64,000 nt of DNA from Oscillospiraceae bacterium (lineage in GTDB: Bacteria > Bacillota > Clostridia > Oscillospirales > Oscillospiraceae): positions 23,182-87,181 of the forward strand of contig JAGAMN010000009.1 in assembly GCA_017624715.1 (NCBI GenBank), written 5' to 3'. A program made the position numbers and the translations under genes. The notes under the pieces were generated by a model that made no database searches, had not been told where the DNA came from, and saw nothing but the letters and a program-made list of their open reading frames with translations. Each line of letters starts with the position of its first letter. The first letter of the stretch is position 1. Of this stretch, positions 57,048-64,000 are shown piece by piece.

Positions 57048-58546
57048 TACTTACCTCCGCAAGTTTGGGTGTATTCTTTGTAGATTCGGCGCAGTGTGCG
57101 ATACTGGCCGTACTTTTTGTCGTAAATTGCCTTGTGATCCTGGTTGGGATGGATGGGTTCGCCATAGTGCCAGAACCGACGGGCAACTTCAAAGGGCGTT
57201 TCGCCTGTGACAGCAGCCAAGCCCAGGATCGCACTGCCCATTGCGCCGGTTTCATCGGACTTAACAGGGATAATATCGCAACCCAAAATATCGGCCTTGA
57301 TCTGCAGCCAGGCAGGAGACTTTGCACCGCCGCCGCAGGCATAGAGTTTCTTCAAGTGAACACCATTTTCCTCCAGCTTCTCCTGGTTATAGCGCATTTC
57401 GTAGGTTACGCCCTCCAAAACTGCCCGGTAAATGTCGGGTAGTCTGGTATTGGTGGTCAGACCTGCGATCAGGCCGGTAGCATGAGGGTCTACATCAGGA
57501 GTGCCGCCCATGCCCTGCAGGAAGGGCAAGACCATTAGATCCGTGGGCTCTGCAGGGCAAAGCTCGTTGAGCAGATCGTAGATGCTGACACCCTTCTGCT
57601 CCGCCTCATTGCGGAGGTACTGACCTAAGGCATCGCGATACCAGCGGACAACGCTGCCGGCGGAGATATTGTAAGCATAGGTTACATAGCCCCGGTTCTC
57701 CAGATAAGGTACGCAGGCAAAGTTATTGTACTGAAAATCAAGATTCTCGGGAATGTCGCCGAACAGGGGTGTGATGCATTCGCAGGTACCGGAAGTATCT
57801 ACAGCCTCACCCACGTGTTGCACACCGGCGCCCAAAGCATTGACGATCTGATCGTGGGCACCAATGACAACCTTGACATCCGGGGACAGACCGATCCGTG
57901 CGGCCACATCAGGCAGCAGCGTGCCAACTTCCGTGCCGGCAGGCATAACCTCCGGCAGGGTGGATTCCTCGATGCCGCAAGCGGTCAGAAGTTCTTTAGA
58001 CCAGCAGCGACCCTTTACGTCATACAAGAGGCTACGGCAGGCCAGCGGAATATCCGCAACGCACTGACCACTGAGGCGGTAGCACACATAACCTGCAATG
58101 AACAGGAACTTCCAGATGGGTCTTTTCGCAACCTGCTGAGTGTAGAGCATTTTGGAAAGCGAATAGCTGGCATCCGGCAGAATTCGGGCGATCTCCATGA
58201 ACTTCTCCTTGCCTACCCGTTCCACCAGGTCAGTGAATGCCTGGCTTTCCGTGTTGCCGAAGTACATGAGGATGTCGGTCAATGCATTACCGTCCTTGTC
58301 CACTGCAACAAAGGATTCACCAAAGGAAGAAACGGTAATGACCTTGACATCATCCTTATTCTCCAGATGTGTAACGCAGTCAGCGATCACATGTGCAACA
58401 GAGTCCGACAGGATCACAGGAGGCAGATTGACGGTGCCGGCAGGCACAGCATATTCCTTGTAAGAAAGTGCCAGCTGGGTGCCGTCGTCACGGAAAGCGA
58501 CACATTTACAACCGGTGCCGCCGATATCAATTCCTAAACTGATCAT
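57047..58546 (-). CDS. FGGY-family carbohydrate kinase
   Basis: GIDIGGTGCK, GAHDQ, SGT, RAVLEG, GGGAKS. Confidence 0.9.
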   Translation of the reverse strand: MISLGIDIGGTGCKCVAFRDDGTQLALSYKEYAVPAGTVNLPPVILSDSVAHVIADCVTHLENKDDVKVITVSSFGESFVAVDKDGNALTDILMYFGNTESQAFTDLVERVGKEKFMEIARILPDASYSLSKMLYTQQVAKRPIWKFLFIAGYVCYRLSGQCVADIPLACRSLLYDVKGRCWSKELLTACGIEESTLPEVMPAGTEVGTLLPDVAARIGLSPDVKVVIGAHDQIVNALGAGVQHVGEAVDTSGTCECITPLFGDIPENLDFQYNNFACVPYLENRGYVTYAYNISAGSVVRWYRDALGQYLRNEAEQKGVSIYDLLNELCPAEPTDLMVLPFLQGMGGTPDVDPHATGLIAGLTTNTRLPDIYRAVLEGVTYEMRYNQEKLEENGVHLKKLYACGGGAKSPAWLQIKADILGCDIIPVKSDETGAMGSAILGLAAVTGETPFEVARRFWHYGEPIHPNQDHKAIYDKKYGQYRTLRRIYKEYTQTCGGK

Positions 58547-58571
58547 ATTCTTCAATCCTTTAATCAAGACT

Positions 58572-58602
58572 TTTGGGGCGGCTGGGTATCAGCCGCCCCA
58601 AA
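58572..58602 (-). other. Intra-operon stem-loop
   Basis: 13-bp IR tttggggcggctg/cagccgccccaaa; no U tract on the transcribed strand. Confidence 0.6.
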
Positions 58603-58610
58603 TATGTAAT

Positions 58611-60014
58611 TTAGTCGATGTCAACCCACTCGTAACCCAGGTAGGTGGTGAATGCCTCTTCCAGGATGGCCTTGTAGTGGCCCTCGCAGATGGCAGTATG
58701 GTGCTTGAAGCCGCCCTTTGCCAGTTTGATCAGCTTGTTCTGCAGATCGTCGATCTCAGCAACGCCGCCGCAGCCGAAGAACTCGGGCTCAATCACATCG
58801 TCGGTAAATTTAGCCTCGGAAGCATAGACAATGATCTTGCCGTCCTTGGTCTGGCAGTTGGAGATGGTGATGGGCATAGGCTTGATACGGCCCTCGTTGC
58901 AGCCCCAGCCACTGCCGGGATCGTTCTTGGCGAACATCTTATGCTCGGTGACGGTGCCACAGCCAGTCATCAGGCTCTGAGCCACAGGACCGCAGTGGAA
59001 CAGGATGACCTTGTTCTCGTCGTCGCCGTAGTTGTTGTTCCAGTCCAGAACGGTGGTAGCGCCCTCGGAAGCCAAAGCCATGGCGCGCATGGTGATAGCG
59101 GAGCACATATCGATCTCACAGGAAGCCACGATGCCGCGGTCGTTCAGCTCAGACAGCAGGACACAGGGGCAAATGCGCAGGTAGGTCTCCATCTCATTCC
59201 AGCAGCGCAGTGCCAAAGCATCCAGATGGTACTCCTCAATGTACTCGTCGATGACAACGCTGACCTTGGCCAGGGTGAACATATTGGACTCGGGAACGCG
59301 GCTAAAGTCGGTGTAATTCTTCAGGCGCTCGATCTTAGCCAGGACAACGGGATCGTCGTTGGTCTTCTCATTGACCTTTGCAAAGAGCTCAGACAGGTCG
59401 AAGGACTCAACATTGATGCCGTGCTTCTGCATGGCGATTTCGTCGAAACGGACAGTCTTGAATGCGGTAGTACGGGCACCGATGCAGCCCAGGTTGAAGC
59501 GTTTCATGCCATTGACAACGCGGCAGATGGCAGCGAAGTCCCGCAGGTTCTCCTGGAACTTGTCGCTCAGGGGATGAACAACATGGGGCTTCATAACGGT
59601 GAAGGGCACATTATACTGGCAGAACACGTCAGTAACGGAGAACTTACCGCAGTAAGCGTCACGGCGGTGCTGGAAATCCATCTTGCCGATCTCATCGGGG
59701 TAAGCCTGCATCAGGATGGGCACGCCGGCATCCTGCAGAGCGGTGATAGCACCGTTCTCGTCAGCGAAGATGGGCATAGAGAAGATCACGCCGTCATACT
59801 GACCCTCGTGCTCCTTCAGCCACTTGGCATACAGGCGGCCTTCCTCACGGGTCTCGACACCGCCGTAACGGGTCAGCTCAGCATCCATCATGATGTAGTC
59901 GTAGCCGGCAGCAGTGACTGCCTTGACCATATCCTCACGGGCACCGTAGATCAGTTCGCCGGGCATAAAGCCGCGGTTGCAGAAGCAAAGAGCAAAAGTC
60001 ATTTTCTTAGCCAT
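58611..60014 (-). CDS. L-fucose/L-arabinose isomerase-family protein
   Basis: RRDAYCGK, RCW, SCEID, FHCG, FKHH. Confidence 0.85.
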   Translation of the reverse strand: MAKKMTFALCFCNRGFMPGELIYGAREDMVKAVTAAGYDYIMMDAELTRYGGVETREEGRLYAKWLKEHEGQYDGVIFSMPIFADENGAITALQDAGVPILMQAYPDEIGKMDFQHRRDAYCGKFSVTDVFCQYNVPFTVMKPHVVHPLSDKFQENLRDFAAICRVVNGMKRFNLGCIGARTTAFKTVRFDEIAMQKHGINVESFDLSELFAKVNEKTNDDPVVLAKIERLKNYTDFSRVPESNMFTLAKVSVVIDEYIEEYHLDALALRCWNEMETYLRICPCVLLSELNDRGIVASCEIDMCSAITMRAMALASEGATTVLDWNNNYGDDENKVILFHCGPVAQSLMTGCGTVTEHKMFAKNDPGSGWGCNEGRIKPMPITISNCQTKDGKIIVYASEAKFTDDVIEPEFFGCGGVAEIDDLQNKLIKLAKGGFKHHTAICEGHYKAILEEAFTTYLGYEWVDID

Positions 60015-60031
60015 TGTAAATTCTCCTTTTC

Positions 60032-60940
60032 TTATTTCAACAGATCGTGGTTATTGGTGGTGTGCAGGAATTCGTGAATGACCCAACGGGTACGGTCGTA
60101 GACCTTCTGCTGGGCATAGGCGATATCGCCGGGCTTCTCTTCCCGGGCAAACTCGAAGGGCTGACGGATCTCGGTGCCAACATTGATCTTGGCAATGCCG
60201 TTCTCGATGGCACGCAGAATGTAATCCTGCTTGATACCGGAACCGCCGTGGAGAACCAGGGGCATATTGCCGGTGGCTGCGGACAGAGCGGCGATATGCT
60301 CGATATCCAGGCGAGCCTCGGGCTTCTTCTGGTGCTTGGTAGCGGCAGCAATGGCGCCGTGGAAGCTGCCAGCAGCAACGCTCAGCCAGTCGCAGCCGGC
60401 AGTTTCAGCAAACAGCTTGGCCTCGTCGACCTTGGTAAAGCCCTTCTTTGTGGTAAACAGTTCCTCATAGGAAGTGCCGATGCCGCTGCCTTCGTGGCCG
60501 GAAACAGCGCCAAGCTCCGCCTCAACGCCGGCATTATAGGAAGCAGCCAACTCGGAAGCCTGCTTGGTAACAGCAATGTTCTCCTCCAGGCTCAGGCGGG
60601 AGCCGTCTACCATGACGGACTGATAGCCAACATCCAGGGCACGCTTCAGCAGGGGCAAGAAGTCGACAAGCTTGTTGTCCTCGTCGATGGCAGGAACATG
60701 GTCCAGGTGCAGCAGGGTGTAGCCTTCCTTGCAGTACTTGAAGTACTCCTTAGCTACAGCTTCGGGGCTCTGGGACTCAAACTTTTCCCACTCCAGACGG
60801 GCGACCTGCACCATTGCCAGGGAGTTCTCATCCACAATTGCCTGTACAACGGGCTCTACCATAGGCAGGTAGGGAATGTTGAAGGCAGGAATGATGGTCT
60901 TGTTGGCAAGAGCCAGGCTGACTGCATTTTTAGCATTCAT
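60032..60940 (-). CDS. Class II fructose-bisphosphate aldolase family protein
   Basis: HLDH, SVMVDGS, VEAELG, HG, LVLHGGSG, KINVGTE. Confidence 0.9.
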   Translation of the reverse strand: MNAKNAVSLALANKTIIPAFNIPYLPMVEPVVQAIVDENSLAMVQVARLEWEKFESQSPEAVAKEYFKYCKEGYTLLHLDHVPAIDEDNKLVDFLPLLKRALDVGYQSVMVDGSRLSLEENIAVTKQASELAASYNAGVEAELGAVSGHEGSGIGTSYEELFTTKKGFTKVDEAKLFAETAGCDWLSVAAGSFHGAIAAATKHQKKPEARLDIEHIAALSAATGNMPLVLHGGSGIKQDYILRAIENGIAKINVGTEIRQPFEFAREEKPGDIAYAQQKVYDRTRWVIHEFLHTTNNHDLLK

Positions 60941-61111
60941 AACGCAATTCTCCTTTATGTAGATTCGTTAATATGGGGTGTACGATATTTCACACAATAT
61001 ATGGTAACACAGCATCGGTCTGCCGTCAACAAAAACCTAGCCCATACAGTGGAATTTTTAGTGAATCTACCTAAGAAAAAGCGCCCGTCGCAAATGCGGC
61101 AGGCGCTTTTG

Positions 61112-61354
61112 TTATGCCATCAGCATGAATAGAACATACACAATGATATACAGCAGGACCAGGCCGCCGATGAAGGCCAACATAGGCAGAAACATCATCT
61201 TAACAGCGCCCCAGTAGGTGGTCCAAACTTCCTTGAAAGTCGGTCTGGGTGCGGAAGGATTCCTATGACCCAATCGGGAGCCGGGCAGACTGCTCATGTC
61301 GGCCAGAGTACGGCCGTCATCAATGTATGTGACTTTTTCTTTCTTCCGTCCCAT
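61112..61354 (-). CDS. Small membrane protein
   Basis: DDGRTLADMS motif and C-terminal TM; directly after oppF. Confidence 0.7.
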   Translation of the reverse strand: MGRKKEKVTYIDDGRTLADMSSLPGSRLGHRNPSAPRPTFKEVWTTYWGAVKMMFLPMLAFIGGLVLLYIIVYVLFMLMA

Positions 61355-61355
61355 A

Positions 61356-62433
61356 TCACTTTTGCTCCAACAGATGGCAGGCAGCGAAATGACCGGGTTC
61401 GTACTCACGGTATTCCGGAATTACATGCTTGCAGATTTCGGTAGCATAGGGGCAACGGGTATGGAAGCGGCAGCCCTTAGGCGGATTCGCAGGAGAAGGG
61501 ATATCCCCTTCCAGCTTGATACGCTCCATTTTGACCGTGGGGTCCGGATTGGGTACCGCAGAAAACAGGGCCTTGGTGTAAGGATGCAGCGGATTTTTGA
61601 AAATATCCTCTTTGGAACCGAACTCCATCATGGAACCTAGGTACATGACACCGATCTTGTCGGAAATGAACTTAACTACGCTCAAGTCGTGAGAGATGAA
61701 AACATAGGCAAGGTTCATTTCACGCTGGAGCTTTTTCAGCAGATTGATGATCTGGGCCTGAATGGAAACATCCAATGCAGAAACCGGTTCATCGCAAATT
61801 ACTAATTTGGGATTGACAGACAACGCACGGGCAATGCAGATGCGCTGACGCTGACCGCCGGAAAATTCGTGAGGATAACGTTCAAAATAGTAATCCCGCA
61901 AACCGCACTTCTCCATCAATTCCAGCACATAATCCTTAACTTGATCCTTAGGCACAATATTGTGTACTTCCACCGGTTCGGACAGGATACCGCCAACGGT
62001 ATCTCTGGGAGGGAGCGAGGAATAAGGATCCTGGAAAATGATCTGCATTTGCTGCCGAATGGGGCGCATCTGTGCAGAATTGTAGTGTGTGATATCCTTG
62101 CCATCAAAGATAATCTGACCGGCAGTAGGCTCGTGAAGCTTCAAAATCGCGCGGCCTGTGGTGGTCTTACCGCAACCGGACTCGCCCACGATGCCCAGAG
62201 TTTCGCCTGCTTTCAGTTTGAAGGAAACATCGTCCACAGCCACCAATTCCTTGGTAACCTTACCGGTGAGGCTCTTCTTCATTGGGAAGCACTTGCGCAG
62301 GTGGCGAACTTCCAGAACGCAATCCGGATCAAAGGGCTGTTTAAAATCCTCATCCATCTGTGCTTTCCGCTTTGCCTGGTACTCGGCTGCCAGCTTTTCA
62401 TCATTGTAGGTGGGAATTTCCATTACTTTATTA

Positions 62434-62441
<8 letters not shown>
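61356..62441 (-). CDS. oppF: Oligopeptide ABC transporter ATP-binding protein
   Basis: [34 protein letters not shown]. Confidence 0.92.
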
Positions 62442-63639
<1,198 letters not shown>

Positions 63640-63642
63640 GGC

Positions 63643-64000
63643 TTACCTCCTTGACTTGGGATCCAGGGCATCACGCAGGCCGTCGCCCACAAAGTTGAAG
63701 CCCAAAACAGCGATAACGATACACACACCGGCCGGCACCCACACATACAGGTGATTCTGCAGAATATCCGGGTTGGTGGTGATGATATTGATCATGGAGC
63801 CCCAGGCGGTATAGGGTGCCTTGATGCCCATGTTCAAATAACTCAGGGTTGCCTCGTAAAGGATCATACTTCCCAAACTCAGGCTCATCTGCACAATAAG
63901 CTGGGGCATGACATTGGGAACCAGGTGCTTGAAGATCTTTCTGCCGGTGGAGTAACCCATTGCTTCTGCTGCCACCATGTACTCCTGCTCCCGAAGGCTC
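63643..64000 (-). CDS. oppC: Oligopeptide ABC permease, 3' part (start outside the window)
   Basis: EAA loop EYMVAAEAMG, HLVPN, FNFVGDGLRDALDP. Confidence 0.9.
   Translation of the reverse strand, partial: SLREQEYMVAAEAMGYSTGRKIFKHLVPNVMPQLIVQMSLSLGSMILYEATLSYLNMGIKAPYTAWGSMINIITTNPDILQNHLYVWVPAGVCIVIAVLGFNFVGDGLRDALDPKSRR

Noticed and set aside
58479-61132. 532-aa and 361-aa + strand ORFs
   Set aside because: Antisense shadows of the strongly codon-biased isomerase and aldolase genes.

Overview
Chromosomal window from a spore-forming Clostridia-class Firmicute; gene order and content suggest Oscillospiraceae, which is an inference. The backbone is housekeeping and sporulation genes: uxuA-uxuB-eda, ygiQ-ssb-nth-spoVB, pepD, secG, prfB, coaX, trpS/gltX, spoIIIAA-AH-asp23-nusB-tsaD-like-xseAB-ispA, tepA-uppP-ftsK, two polysaccharide deacetylases, pdxK, oppCDF and four tRNAs (2x Leu-CAG, Arg-CCT, Ser-TGA). 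I found no integrase, transposase, prophage or CRISPR. Best candidates for undescribed biology: (1) a short multi-hairpin element in two copies, flanked by mirrored tRNA T-arm/3' sequences, with a 29-bp identical core and two further hairpins that keep structure but not sequence; (2) a Spo0A paralog followed by a membrane-anchored ECF sigma factor with a duplicated extracellular domain, a twice-repeated bipartite promoter-like motif and a lipoprotein; (3) an SGNH / MBL / double-NPCBM / lipoprotein-MBL surface locus; (4) an unassigned five-gene sugar pathway; (5) a UppP homolog with Ala at the catalytic Ser27 position; (6) an XRE-HTH/BadF-kinase fusion next to murQ. All calls are by eye from motifs; no database searches were run.
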